From: Bacteroidia bacterium
GTDB taxonomy: Bacteria > Bacteroidota > Bacteroidia > UBA4408
Length of the DNA stretch: 64,000 nucleotides
Assembly: GCA_043778625.1 (NCBI GenBank)
Contig: JAYWFU010000052.1
Location: 1,197-65,196, forward strand
Reading direction: 5' to 3'
This document shows positions 29,202 to 39,017 of the stretch, in pieces; the first letter of the stretch is position 1, and every line of letters starts with the position of its first letter. A model generated the notes under the pieces. That model was not told the DNA's origin, searched no databases, and saw only the letters and a program-made list of their open reading frames with translations. The translations under genes and the position numbers were made by a program.

Positions 29202-32200
29202 TATATATATAGTTAACTATGTATATATTACCATACTATCAGTACTTGCAACAGTAAGTACTACTACAGCACAACTTGTTAATATAAAACAATTTAATAC
29301 CGAAACAGTATTAAACCAACGGTATGTATACCATTTTTCGCAATTGCCTAATCGTTCAATAGTAATGAGTACCAACGAAGGATTAGTGCTATACGATGGC
29401 AATAAATTTATCAACTACAGTACTAAAAACGGATTAGCCAATGATTTTGCAACCTGCCACGTAACCGACAAACAGGGCAATACGTGGGTAGGGCATTATC
29501 AAAACGGGGTGTCGTTAATTAACAACAAAGGCATTGCAACAAAACTACTTGCTACTGAATTAGCCTCTACCAAAGTAAGTGGCATTTATGTGCATTATAC
29601 TAGTGCAATTAGTTATACTGTGTACGTGTGCACTATGGGCAAAGGGGTGTACTTACTCAATAATTTAGGCCAAGTGGTAAAGCACAACTCTACCGAAAGT
29701 GTTATTTTTAACTGTGAAATAAATAACCACCAACTATTTACAGCATCCGAGCTAGGCATTACAATAACTAATGTAATTAATAATAAAACAATATATACTA
29801 CTGATAGTATTACGGGCAACGAAGTAACTGCAAGCTGCTATATGAAGGGAAGTTGGTACGTAGCATTAAAAAATAATACTATTTGCAAGCTCCAAAACAA
29901 TGCACTAAAACCAATATATCATTACCCTAATCTTGAGGCTAAGTTGGTGCAGTTAGTACCCTTTAATAATCAATTGCTTATTAATACATTTAATAACGGC
30001 GTACTTACGTTAGATATAACTACGCACCTTGCATCAAATTATTATACTAATTACTATGGGTTAAACACTACACTAATACAAAGTGTATTTGTTGATGACG
30101 AAAATAGTGTATGGCTTGGCAGCTATGGTAGTGGGGCAATACAACTACTCCAACAACAATTTACTAATTATACCACTACTACTACTACTCAATTAACAAG
30201 TATTAATGCCATTGTAAAAAACGAAACGGACAAAACAGTTTTTATAGCAAGTAATACCACACTGCTAAAGTACAACGAGGATATTAATACACTAAAAAAC
30301 AAACTAGAATTAAACGATAAAATAACCTGTCTTGCCCAACAAAATGATACTTTGTGGATAGGTACCGAGAACAAAGGCGTTTATCTATACCGCATAGCTA
30401 CACATTTGCTTAGTTCGTTTAATACATTGTACCAGTTGCCATTACAACAAGTTAACGCTATTAAACAGTACGGCAAGCAGATGTACATAGCCACTAACAA
30501 TGGCTTACATGTGTATAACCTTTATAGTAAACATATTAAAACATTTACCACTAAAGAAGGCTTACTACACAATAATATTTACACTATTTGCATCGACAAA
30601 TTAGGGCGTATATGGTTTGCGGCACATGGCGCAGGTATTTTTTATTTAAAAGACAAAGAGTTTGTAGTATTTAAAGATGTAGAAGGACTAAATTTATTTA
30701 ACATAAATTCAATAACGGCTGATGATAACAATACCCTGTGGATAGCTACAGAGGGCGATGGCGTGTTTAAGTACGAACGTAATAAATTTACAAACTACCG
30801 CACTGCTAACGGACTATTAAGCAACTATTGCTACGGCATAACTACTGATGGCAAAGGAGGGGTGTGGGTAATGAATAAAAATGGCTTGAGCTATAAAAAA
30901 AGTAACCAAAAATATTTTACTACGTTGCAAACTAACGATGGTGTATTGGTTAACAACTTTAATTTAAATGCATTATTAAACTACAAAAATGAAGAGCTGT
31001 TTTTTGGTGGCGAAAACGGAATGGTGCACTATTCGTTCACAAAATCAAAACTATTGTTTACTCCGCCCACCTTACAATTGTATAATGTATTAATTAACGG
31101 TGTACCCACCGCTATAACAAACAATAATTTACAACTACCTTATGATAAATATGACGTTGTTATTAATTATAATGCCACTACATTTTTACACCACGAAAAA
31201 GTACGTTACAGATATATGCTCAAAGGGCTCGAAACTAAATGGAATGAAAATAGTAGCGGTACATCAAGCAATTATCCGCACTTAACTGATGGTACCTATA
31301 CTTACGAATTGTATGCCACGAACGTGGATGGAATTGAAACAGTAGTGCCCATAACTTTTACCTTAATTATTGACAAGCCTTTTTACAAAAAATGGTGGAC
31401 CTATGTTTTATTAGCCTTAATGATTGTAATAGCAACTCAACTTTTTATAAAATATAAATTAAAAAAACTAACTGACGAACGCATCAAACTAAAAGCCTTA
31501 ATTGAAAAACGTACAGGACAATTACGTAATGAAAAAAATAATTTAGAAACTGCAAAACAACAGCTCGAAATAATTAATAACGACATGACTGATTCTATTA
31601 ATTATGCTAAACTAATACAAGATGCTATATTGCCTAAGTCTGATAAAATAAAACAAACGTTTCCTAATTACTTTGTGTTTTATGCACCTAGAGATATTGT
31701 AAGTGGCGATTTTTATTTTCATACCCGCAAATTCAATAAAACAATATTTATAGTAGGCGATTGTACTGGGCATGGTGTGCCTGGTGGCTTTATGAGTATG
31801 ATAAGTAATACATTAATTAATAAAATAATAAACGATATTATTCAAGAGCCAATTAATCCAGCTGAGATTATAACGGAACTGCAACACAATATTGTGAAAG
31901 AATTAAATCAGCAGGATGCAGAAACCTCATCGCGCGACGGCCTAGATTTAGTAATATGTATCATTGACGACACTACGCATGAATTGCACATTAGTGGAGC
32001 TGGCAGACCTGTGTATCACGTAAGTAATGGTATATTAACTGAGTATAAAGGATCTGCGTTTGGTGTGGGAGGCTACGATGCTGGGGTTAAAAAAGAATAT
32101 CCACATTATGTAGTTAACTATACCATCGGCGATTTTGTGTACATGTGTAGCGATGGATACGCTGACCAATTTGGTGGTGCTGCAAAACGAAAATTTATGA

Positions 32201-32343
32201 GCAAACAACTTAAAGCACTATTTGAAACTAATGCCCACCTACCAGCAGCACAACAACAGCAAATAATTAAAGATACATTTTATAACTGGAAAAATACATT
32301 ACAACAAATTGACGATGTTATTGTACTAGGTCTTGGATTGTAA
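29191..32343 (+). CDS. Membrane sensor phosphatase: periplasmic two-component-regulator beta-propeller + Y_Y_Y domain, single TM, coiled coil, cytoplasmic PP2C/SpoIIE-type Ser/Thr phosphatase
   Basis: 1050 aa. Repeated propeller blades ('...WIGT/WFA...GL..Y'). Y_Y_Y 'YRYMLKGLETKWNENSSG...GTYTYELYATN'. TM 'WWTYVLLALMIVIATQLFI'. PP2C motifs 'VSGDFYF', 'IVGDCTGHGVPGGF', 'DGLDLVICIID', 'CSDGYADQFGG'. Confidence 0.8.
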   Translation: MWNNIYIVNYVYITILSVLATVSTTTAQLVNIKQFNTETVLNQRYVYHFSQLPNRSIVMSTNEGLVLYDGNKFINYSTKNGLANDFATCHVTDKQGNTWVGHYQNGVSLINNKGIATKLLATELASTKVSGIYVHYTSAISYTVYVCTMGKGVYLLNNLGQVVKHNSTESVIFNCEINNHQLFTASELGITITNVINNKTIYTTDSITGNEVTASCYMKGSWYVALKNNTICKLQNNALKPIYHYPNLEAKLVQLVPFNNQLLINTFNNGVLTLDITTHLASNYYTNYYGLNTTLIQSVFVDDENSVWLGSYGSGAIQLLQQQFTNYTTTTTTQLTSINAIVKNETDKTVFIASNTTLLKYNEDINTLKNKLELNDKITCLAQQNDTLWIGTENKGVYLYRIATHLLSSFNTLYQLPLQQVNAIKQYGKQMYIATNNGLHVYNLYSKHIKTFTTKEGLLHNNIYTICIDKLGRIWFAAHGAGIFYLKDKEFVVFKDVEGLNLFNINSITADDNNTLWIATEGDGVFKYERNKFTNYRTANGLLSNYCYGITTDGKGGVWVMNKNGLSYKKSNQKYFTTLQTNDGVLVNNFNLNALLNYKNEELFFGGENGMVHYSFTKSKLLFTPPTLQLYNVLINGVPTAITNNNLQLPYDKYDVVINYNATTFLHHEKVRYRYMLKGLETKWNENSSGTSSNYPHLTDGTYTYELYATNVDGIETVVPITFTLIIDKPFYKKWWTYVLLALMIVIATQLFIKYKLKKLTDERIKLKALIEKRTGQLRNEKNNLETAKQQLEIINNDMTDSINYAKLIQDAILPKSDKIKQTFPNYFVFYAPRDIVSGDFYFHTRKFNKTIFIVGDCTGHGVPGGFMSMISNTLINKIINDIIQEPINPAEIITELQHNIVKELNQQDAETSSRDGLDLVICIIDDTTHELHISGAGRPVYHVSNGILTEYKGSAFGVGGYDAGVKKEYPHYVVNYTIGDFVYMCSDGYADQFGGAAKRKFMSKQLKALFETNAHLPAAQQQQIIKDTFYNWKNTLQQIDDVIVLGLGL

Positions 32344-32447
32344 GCCGTAAACAGAGTAATTAAGCCGCAAACACACCTATGTTCATTATTAATTAAAAAA
32401 ATAATGAAATTAATTATAAAAATAGTTGGGTAAAATTTATTAATAAC

Positions 32448-32455
32448 TATATTTG
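32448..32455 (+). promoter_or_regulatory. Candidate Bacteroidetes sigma-A -7 box (TAnnTTTG) upstream of rpmE
   Basis: 'TATATTTG' ~33 nt upstream of the rpmE ATG with a TTG-containing element ~20 nt further upstream. By-eye match to the Bacteroidetes promoter consensus. Confidence 0.35.
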
Positions 32456-32487
32456 CAGTCAATAATAAAAAATAGAACTAAAAAATT

Positions 32488-32754
32488 ATGAAAAAAGAAA
32501 TTCACCCAGAAAGTTACCGTTTGGTAGTATTTAAAGATATGTCAGCTGACTACTCATTTATAACAAAATCATGTATTGATACAAAAGATACTGTTAAATG
32601 GGAAGATGGTAACGAATATCCATTAGTAAAATTAGAAATTTCTAATCAAAGTCATCCGTTTTATACTGGTAAAACTAAAATATTAGACATAGCTGGTCGT
32701 ATTGATAAATTTAATGCACGAGCATCTAAAAAAGCAACTACTACTACTAAGTAA
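32488..32754 (+). CDS. rpmE: 50S ribosomal protein L31 type B (zinc-independent paralogue)
   Basis: 88 aa. '[10 protein letters not shown]', 'HPFYTGK'. Lacks the CxxC zinc ribbon, which indicates type B. Confidence 0.9.
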   Translation: MKKEIHPESYRLVVFKDMSADYSFITKSCIDTKDTVKWEDGNEYPLVKLEISNQSHPFYTGKTKILDIAGRIDKFNARASKKATTTTK

Positions 32755-32804
32755 TTATAATTTTCTTGTTAGTTGAGAAATCTATAATCGTTTACAAACT
32801 ATTA

Positions 32805-32834
32805 AGACATATACTCTGCGTATATGTCTTTTTT
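32805..32834 (+). terminator. Rho-independent terminator after rpmE
   Basis: agacatata / tatatgtct stem, 7-nt loop, then TTTTT. Confidence 0.6.
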
Positions 32835-32887
32835 AGTTTTGGCAAATAGTACACTACAAACTCACTATACTTTATTCCACTTTTACT

Positions 32888-34132
32888 ATGAATACCACCT
32901 ATACCGTAGCCGAACGTTTTTTGCGTTATGTGCAAATAGATACTCAAAGCGATGCCGCCAGCCCAACTTGCCCAAGCACTCCCAAACAAAAAAACTTAAG
33001 TGCATTATTAGTACAAGAGCTTAAAGCAATGGGAATAACCGATGCACAGCTTGACGAAAATGGCTATGTATATGCCACACTACCTAGTAACAGTGCAAAA
33101 CAAAATGTGCCTACAATTTTCTTTTGCGCACACGTGGATACTGCCCCTGATTGTAGCGGCACAAACGTAAAACCAATTGTACACACTAACTATCAAGGGC
33201 AAGATATTGTGTTACCCGATGATATTACACAGGTGCTTACCACTAACAAGCACCCACAATTATTACAACAAATTGGTAACGATATTATTACCGCCAGTGG
33301 CCTTACATTACTGGGGTCAGACGATAAATCGGGTGTAGCCGAAATAATGGATGCTGCACATTACTTAATTAATAATCCTGAAATTAAACACGGCACAATA
33401 AAATTATTTTTTACCCCTGACGAAGAAATTGGTCGAGGTGTAGATAAAGCAAACCTAGGATTACTTAACGCTGATTTTGGCTACACGCTTGATGGCGGCG
33501 AAGTAGGCGACCTTGAAGAGGAAACATTTAGTGCTGATGGTGCCACACTTATTATTAACGGCGTAAGTACACACCCTGGATATGCTTACAATAAAATGGA
33601 AAATGCTATGAAAATAGCGGGCGAAATTATAGCAGCCATACCACGTAACGCAAGCCCAGAAGGCACTAAGGGTATGGAAGGATTTGTGCACCCCGTAAGT
33701 ATTAATGGCGTGTTAGAGCATTGCGAAGTACAATTTATACTCCGTAATTTTGTTACTGCTAACCTAATTAAACACAAACAATTACTAGAAAATACGGTAG
33801 TAGAAGTATTAAAAAAATACCCTAATAGCAGCTATACTATAACCACCCGTGAGCAATATCGTAATATGAAAGAGGTGTTAGTACAGCACCCCAATATTGT
33901 GGGCTATGCCGAAGAAGCTATTAAACGTATAGGACTAACACCCAACAAAAACAGCATACGTGGCGGCACAGATGGTTCGCGCTTATCATTTATGGGGTTG
34001 CCTTGCCCTAACTTATTTGCGGGGGAGCATGCCATACACAGCAAACACGAATGGGTGAGTATACAAGATATGCAAAAATCCGTTGATGCTATTGTAGAAA
34101 TATGCAAAGTTTGGGAAGAAAAAAGTAATTAA
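32888..34132 (+). CDS. pepT: Peptidase T (tripeptide aminopeptidase, M20B)
   Basis: 414 aa. 'ERFLRYVQIDTQSD', 'FFCAHVDTAPD', 'LLGSDDKSGVAEIM', 'FTPDEEIG'. Confidence 0.9.
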   Translation: MNTTYTVAERFLRYVQIDTQSDAASPTCPSTPKQKNLSALLVQELKAMGITDAQLDENGYVYATLPSNSAKQNVPTIFFCAHVDTAPDCSGTNVKPIVHTNYQGQDIVLPDDITQVLTTNKHPQLLQQIGNDIITASGLTLLGSDDKSGVAEIMDAAHYLINNPEIKHGTIKLFFTPDEEIGRGVDKANLGLLNADFGYTLDGGEVGDLEEETFSADGATLIINGVSTHPGYAYNKMENAMKIAGEIIAAIPRNASPEGTKGMEGFVHPVSINGVLEHCEVQFILRNFVTANLIKHKQLLENTVVEVLKKYPNSSYTITTREQYRNMKEVLVQHPNIVGYAEEAIKRIGLTPNKNSIRGGTDGSRLSFMGLPCPNLFAGEHAIHSKHEWVSIQDMQKSVDAIVEICKVWEEKSN

Positions 34133-34142
34133 AAAAAAGCTA

Positions 34143-34532
34143 ATGAAATATTTATTAACGGTTATTATAGCCATAACACTAACAATAACAGGCTATGCAC
34201 AAGATTTACGTAAAAATGGGTCAGTAATTGGAACCATTGAACACAATGGCGACGTGCGTTTGAACGGCAGTATTAAAGGACGTTTTGAGACCAATGGCGC
34301 TATTAGAGTAAACGGAAGCGTCAAAGGGCAAATAGAAACTAATGGTGCTATTCGTAAAAATGGCTCAATAATAGGCTACGTAGAAACCAATGGCGACATT
34401 CGTGTAAACGGTAGTATTGTAGGCCGTATTGAAACCAACGGCGACATACGCAAAAACGGAAGTATAATAGGGTCAGCCCAAGGTGTACGCAAGGAGTACA
34501 CTGCCGTTATGTTCTTTTTCGATTTCTTTTAA
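34143..34532 (+). CDS. Small secreted protein made of ~5.5 tandem 16-aa repeats (…ETNGxIRxNGSxxGxI…)
   Basis: 129 aa. Signal peptide 'MKYLLTVIIAITLTITGYAQ'. Periodic 48-nt repeats visible in DNA. Hydrophobic 'VMFFFDFF' C-terminus. Confidence 0.6.
   Translation: MKYLLTVIIAITLTITGYAQDLRKNGSVIGTIEHNGDVRLNGSIKGRFETNGAIRVNGSVKGQIETNGAIRKNGSIIGYVETNGDIRVNGSIVGRIETNGDIRKNGSIIGSAQGVRKEYTAVMFFFDFF
34212..34476 (+). repeat. Degenerate 48-bp tandem repeat (×~5.5) inside the small secreted protein gene
   Basis: Recurring 'gaaaccaatggcgacattcgtgtaaacggtagtattgtaggccgtatt'-like units. Confidence 0.6.
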
Positions 34533-34604
34533 GACCAATAATCTACTACTAAAATTCATTGCCTATATTCGCACAAAATCAACTTACAATTTATCAAAAA
34601 CACC

Positions 34605-36356
34605 ATGTACAGAACTCATACCTGCGGACAACTTACTATTGCAAATGCTAATGAAACAGTAACACTTAGTGGCTGGCTACAACGTAGCCGAGACCTTGGC
34701 GGAATGACGTTTATTGACCTCCGCGACCGTTACGGAATTACGCAACTTGCTTTTAACATGGAAACTAATGCACAATTGTGTGAAGCTGCCCGAAAGCTTG
34801 GACGTGAGTACGTGCTGCAGATTACAGGTACTGTAAAAGAGCGTGAAAGCAAAAATGCAAAAATACTTACGGGCGATATTGAGTTAATAGTAACGGAATT
34901 AAAAGTATTAAACCAATCGGCTACACCACCCTTTACCATTGACGATGCTACCGATGGTGGCGACGAACTGCGTATGAAATATCGCTACTTAGATTTGCGC
35001 CGTAATGCAGTGCGTAAAAACTTAGAGCTGCGCCACCGCATGGCTATTGAAACTCGTAACTATTTAGATAAATTAAGTTTTTTGGAAGTAGAAACTCCTG
35101 TACTTATAAAATCAACGCCCGAAGGCGCCCGCGATTTTGTAGTGCCAAGCCGTATGAATCAAGGCGAGTTTTATGCCTTGCCACAAAGCCCACAAACGTT
35201 TAAGCAACTACTTATGGTGGGTGGTTTTGATAGGTATTACCAAATTGTAAAATGCTTTAGAGACGAGGATTTGCGTGCCGACCGCCAACCCGAGTTTACT
35301 CAAATAGATTGCGAAATGTGTTTTGTGGAGCAGGAAGATATTTTAAACACATTTGAAGGCTTGATTAAACATTTATTTAAAACTGTTAAAGGTATTGATA
35401 TACCTACGCTTACCCGCATGACCTTTGCCAATGCTATGAAATACTATGGTAACGACAAACCCGATATTCGTTTTGATATGAAGTTTGTATACCTCAAAGG
35501 CGAAGGCACAGACCTTACGTCGGGTAAGGACTTTAAGGTATTTGATGATGCCGAAAACGTAATTGCAATTAACGCAGTAGGGGCAGCTAATTATACCCGC
35601 AAGCAAATTGACGAACTTACCGAACGGGTAAAACGCCCGCAAATAGGGGCTACAGGGCTAGTGTATGCACGTGTAACCGACCAAGGAGTTAAATCAAGCG
35701 TAGACAAGTTTTATGATACCGATACCCTACAACACTGGGCTACTGCCACCAATGCTCAAGACGGCGACTTACTACTGATACTTGCAGGCACACTACATAA
35801 AACCCGCAAAGCCATGGCAGAACTGCGCTTAGAGATGGGCACACGCCTAGGTTTACGTAACCCTGATACGTTTGCAGCGCACTGGGTAGTGGATTTTCCG
35901 ATGTTAGAATGGGACGAAGAAACTAGCCGTTATCACGCTATGCACCACCCGTTTACAAGCCCTAAACTAGAGGATATTCACTTATTAAACAGCAACGCTG
36001 GTGCGGCACGTGCCAATGCGTATGATATGGTAATAAACGGAGTAGAAGTAGGTGGAGGCTCAATACGCATACACGACGCTGCATTGCAAGCACAAGTGTT
36101 TGGTTTACTTGGTTTTACTAAAGAGCAAGCCGAGTATCAATTTGGATTTTTGATGAATGCCTTTAAATACGGCGCACCACCACACGGCGGTATTGCTTTT
36201 GGTTTTGATAGATTATGCTCATTATTTGGCGGTAGCGAAACTATACGTGATTATATTGCTTTTCCTAAAAACAATTCAGGGCGAGATATTATGATAGACG
36301 CACCAAGTCTAATAAGCCCAGAGCAAATGACTGAGTTGGGTATAGCGAGTAAATAA
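34605..36356 (+). CDS. aspS: Aspartate--tRNA ligase
   Basis: 583 aa. 'RTHTCGQL', 'FIDLRDRYG', class II motifs '[18 protein letters not shown]', 'GGGSIRIHD', '[14 protein letters not shown]'. Confidence 0.95.
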   Translation: MYRTHTCGQLTIANANETVTLSGWLQRSRDLGGMTFIDLRDRYGITQLAFNMETNAQLCEAARKLGREYVLQITGTVKERESKNAKILTGDIELIVTELKVLNQSATPPFTIDDATDGGDELRMKYRYLDLRRNAVRKNLELRHRMAIETRNYLDKLSFLEVETPVLIKSTPEGARDFVVPSRMNQGEFYALPQSPQTFKQLLMVGGFDRYYQIVKCFRDEDLRADRQPEFTQIDCEMCFVEQEDILNTFEGLIKHLFKTVKGIDIPTLTRMTFANAMKYYGNDKPDIRFDMKFVYLKGEGTDLTSGKDFKVFDDAENVIAINAVGAANYTRKQIDELTERVKRPQIGATGLVYARVTDQGVKSSVDKFYDTDTLQHWATATNAQDGDLLLILAGTLHKTRKAMAELRLEMGTRLGLRNPDTFAAHWVVDFPMLEWDEETSRYHAMHHPFTSPKLEDIHLLNSNAGAARANAYDMVINGVEVGGGSIRIHDAALQAQVFGLLGFTKEQAEYQFGFLMNAFKYGAPPHGGIAFGFDRLCSLFGGSETIRDYIAFPKNNSGRDIMIDAPSLISPEQMTELGIASK

Positions 36357-36370
36357 TTAAAGAAAATAAC

Positions 36371-36424
36371 ACAACAAATTCGGCCTTGCTTTGTGTTATC
36401 ACAAAGCAAGGCCGAATTTGTTGT
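36371..36424. terminator. Bidirectional terminator: perfect 25-bp inverted repeat with 4-nt loop between convergent aspS and AI-2E transporter genes
   Basis: acaacaaattcggccttgctttgtg-ttat-cacaaagcaaggccgaatttgttgt. A/T-rich on both flanks. Confidence 0.7.
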
Positions 36425-36463
36425 TTACTATTAATTGTTGTAACCACTATTAAATTACACTAA

Positions 36464-37558
36464 TTATTTATAGTGTTTTTTTAATTTTATTTTAGCTACT
36501 GTAGTAGTTGGCAAGGTATCGCCCAGTAATAACCCCCATGGTTTTAAAGAGGGTACATGCTCGCATATTACTTTAATGATAGCAGTAAGTGGTATGGATA
36601 AAAACATACCCGCTACACCCCACAAAGCACTTCCACAAAGCACTACTATGATAGCTGCCAAAGCATTAATTTTTACTTTAGAGGCTACTATCTTAGGCGA
36701 AATATAATGATTATCAATAAACTGAATTACAACATATACCAATAGCACTAATACAAAATAAGTGCTAGTAGATTTGGTAGTGATAGCCACAATAGCAGGT
36801 AATGCCACCGCTACTATTCCACCAATGTAAGGGATAACATTTAACAATGCACCTATTATTCCAAGTATTATAGCGTAATCAATACCAATAATTAATAAGC
36901 CTACTGAATTAAGAATAGCAATAATAAAGGCTTCGATTAATAAGCCAAGTAAGTATTTTTGAATAATTAATTTCGTTTTTGTTAATACTTGATTAACAGC
37001 TACTAAGTGATTAGCACCAAACAGTTGACGAATAAAGTCGAGTAATAATGGTTTGTAATACAAAAACATAACTACGTATACCGGTATTAATGCTAATACA
37101 AACATACCATGCCCCATTGAGGATACCGCAGCACCAATATATGATTTACCCGTATTAATTATTGCAATTTTAGCATCAGCTAAGAGTACATTAATTTTAA
37201 TAGTACTAATGTTAAAATAAGTTGATGCCCAAGTAACAGAAAGTTTGCCAGCCTCATAAAATTTATCAACTAATAATGGATAAGTTTCTGACAACATACT
37301 TAACTGCGATGAAATAAAAATTAGTAGTGCCATTGTAAGCAGCAATACGATGCTAATTGCAAGTACAATGGCTACTGTATGATTAGTTTTTTTTGCTACT
37401 AAAAAATTAACAATAGGATTAAGTGCTATGGCAATAATTACAGAATATACTATTGGTAAAATAATAGCTTGCACCATGTAAAGCATAGTTACTAAAGCTA
37501 ATACCCCTATAAAAATTAACGCTAATTTACTAGAGATGCGAGTGGTAGTATTGGTCAT
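36464..37558 (-). CDS. AI-2E family transporter (UPF0118/PerM-like)
   Basis: 364 aa, 8 TM helices. Conserved C-terminal 'GMFLSIPLTAIIKVICEH' region. Confidence 0.75.
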   Translation of the reverse strand: MTNTTTRISSKLALIFIGVLALVTMLYMVQAIILPIVYSVIIAIALNPIVNFLVAKKTNHTVAIVLAISIVLLLTMALLIFISSQLSMLSETYPLLVDKFYEAGKLSVTWASTYFNISTIKINVLLADAKIAIINTGKSYIGAAVSSMGHGMFVLALIPVYVVMFLYYKPLLLDFIRQLFGANHLVAVNQVLTKTKLIIQKYLLGLLIEAFIIAILNSVGLLIIGIDYAIILGIIGALLNVIPYIGGIVAVALPAIVAITTKSTSTYFVLVLLVYVVIQFIDNHYISPKIVASKVKINALAAIIVVLCGSALWGVAGMFLSIPLTAIIKVICEHVPSLKPWGLLLGDTLPTTTVAKIKLKKHYK

Positions 37559-37738
37559 TGTTGTGTTATTAGTTCCTTATAATTAGCGTATTACCGTTAG
37601 TAGCTTTTTTAACTATTTTTAATTTAAAAACAGGTTGGTAGGTTGTTTGTTTAACTGTTAGTGGTTGAATACTAATTTTACTCAATACGAGCAATGCAGC
37701 AATACTTCCCATTAATATAATAATCAAAATTAGTTTCA

Positions 37739-38122
37739 TTACGGCTGTTTGGGTTGAAAATTATCTTTAATAAAATTTGCCAGTACTGATTTAATATCCG
37801 TGGCATTTTTGGATACAATACTGGAAATACCCGTTTGTAACAACACACCTAATAGTTGCTTTATGGGGTTGTGGGTACTGCCTACCACAATACTTTTGGC
37901 TACGTAACCCGTGGCATAGCTTAATACGGCATTTATAACATTGCCTTTAAAATTAGGTGGGGCTAAAATATTTTTAATAGTAGTTGTTATTAAGTTAAGC
38001 TGTTTTAAATTATCATAGGTTATGGTAAGTTGCTCTTTTAATAAAAGTTCTTCGTTAGTTTGATTAGCAGTAAGCACTGCGATACGTGCATTTAACTGGG
38101 TTAGATTAGTTATGGTTTCCAT
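37739..38122 (-). CDS. Hypothetical protein (third member of conserved YtxH/holin-like/hypothetical trio)
   Basis: 127 aa, no motifs recognised. 1-nt gap to the upstream gene. Confidence 0.5.
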   Translation of the reverse strand: METITNLTQLNARIAVLTANQTNEELLLKEQLTITYDNLKQLNLITTTIKNILAPPNFKGNVINAVLSYATGYVAKSIVVGSTHNPIKQLLGVLLQTGISSIVSKNATDIKSVLANFIKDNFQPKQP

Positions 38123-38123
38123 G

Positions 38124-38465
38124 CTAGTTTAAGCTATTGTAAATAATACTATTGGTTATACGATTTTGGATAGTTGTGCGCATAAATAAATACACAATTA
38201 AACCCGCAATTAAATACACTACCGAAACTGCAAAAAACCCATAATACACTTTGCCCAATACATCACCTAACCAAAGTGATGCACCAATAGTTATTAAAAT
38301 TACAAATAGAGCCGCTATTATAAAAAGTAGGGTGCTAAACATAAGGTTGCCCACAAGGTGTGCCGACTTATGTATGGCTTTGAGCTTGATTAGTTCAATG
38401 CTCGTTTTACCGTATTTTTCAGCTCTTTCGAGTAGTGGTTCTATTTGTAATAAATTGGGTTCCAT
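38124..38465 (-). CDS. Phage-holin-family (Holin-X-like) small membrane protein
   Basis: 113 aa. Two TM helices after an N-terminal amphipathic region ('TSIELIKLKAI'). Confidence 0.5.
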   Translation of the reverse strand: MEPNLLQIEPLLERAEKYGKTSIELIKLKAIHKSAHLVGNLMFSTLLFIIAALFVILITIGASLWLGDVLGKVYYGFFAVSVVYLIAGLIVYLFMRTTIQNRITNSIIYNSLN

Positions 38466-38510
38466 GGTTTTGCTAATTAATGGGATAATATAATTTTTTG
38501 GGTAATTGAA

Positions 38511-38789
38511 TTAACTCAATTGAGTTTTTATGTCATTAGTTACGTCGTGCATTGTTTGCTTGCCTTTGGCATACATATCAGTAGCTTCGGTATTAGCCGC
38601 TTTAAATTTTTGCGTAAATTGGGTTATTATATCTTCCAATTTTTCTTTTAATTCATCGGTAGAGTCATTGGCTTTAGTAGCTAATTTTTTGCGAGTTTCC
38701 GAGCCTTTATCTGGAGCAAATAATATTCCTAATAATGCTCCTGCGGCTGCCCCAGCCAATACTCCTATTAATACATTTGATTTGTTCAT
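38511..38789 (-). CDS. YtxH domain protein
   Basis: 92 aa. 'GVLAGAAAGALLGILFAPDKGSETRKKL' matches the YtxH N-terminus. Confidence 0.7.
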   Translation of the reverse strand: MNKSNVLIGVLAGAAAGALLGILFAPDKGSETRKKLATKANDSTDELKEKLEDIITQFTQKFKAANTEATDMYAKGKQTMHDVTNDIKTQLS

Positions 38790-38838
38790 GATTTCTATTT
38801 TTTTAAGGTTAAGTTTATAAATGATTGCTTGATTAAAT

Positions 38839-38994
38839 TTAGAGGATTTTACGTCCTTGTATTACTCTTAATATTACCGATATAAGTGCAATTACAAGCA
38901 GCACATGTATTAACCCTCCTAGGTTGTAGCCAATAAAGCCTATTGCCCAGCCAATAATTAATAGTATTGCCAAAGTATAGAGTAAGTTTCCCAT
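38839..38994 (-). CDS. lmo0937-family small membrane protein (not in ORF track, <60 aa)
   Basis: Hand translation: MGNLLYTLAILLIIGWAIGFIGYNLGGLIHVLLVIALISVILRVIQGRKIL. Matches the ~50-aa lmo0937 family ('LLIIGWAIGF'). Confidence 0.5.
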   Translation of the reverse strand: MGNLLYTLAILLIIGWAIGFIGYNLGGLIHVLLVIALISVILRVIQGRKIL

Positions 38995-39017
38995 AATAAC
39001 AGTGTGTTTGTATTATT

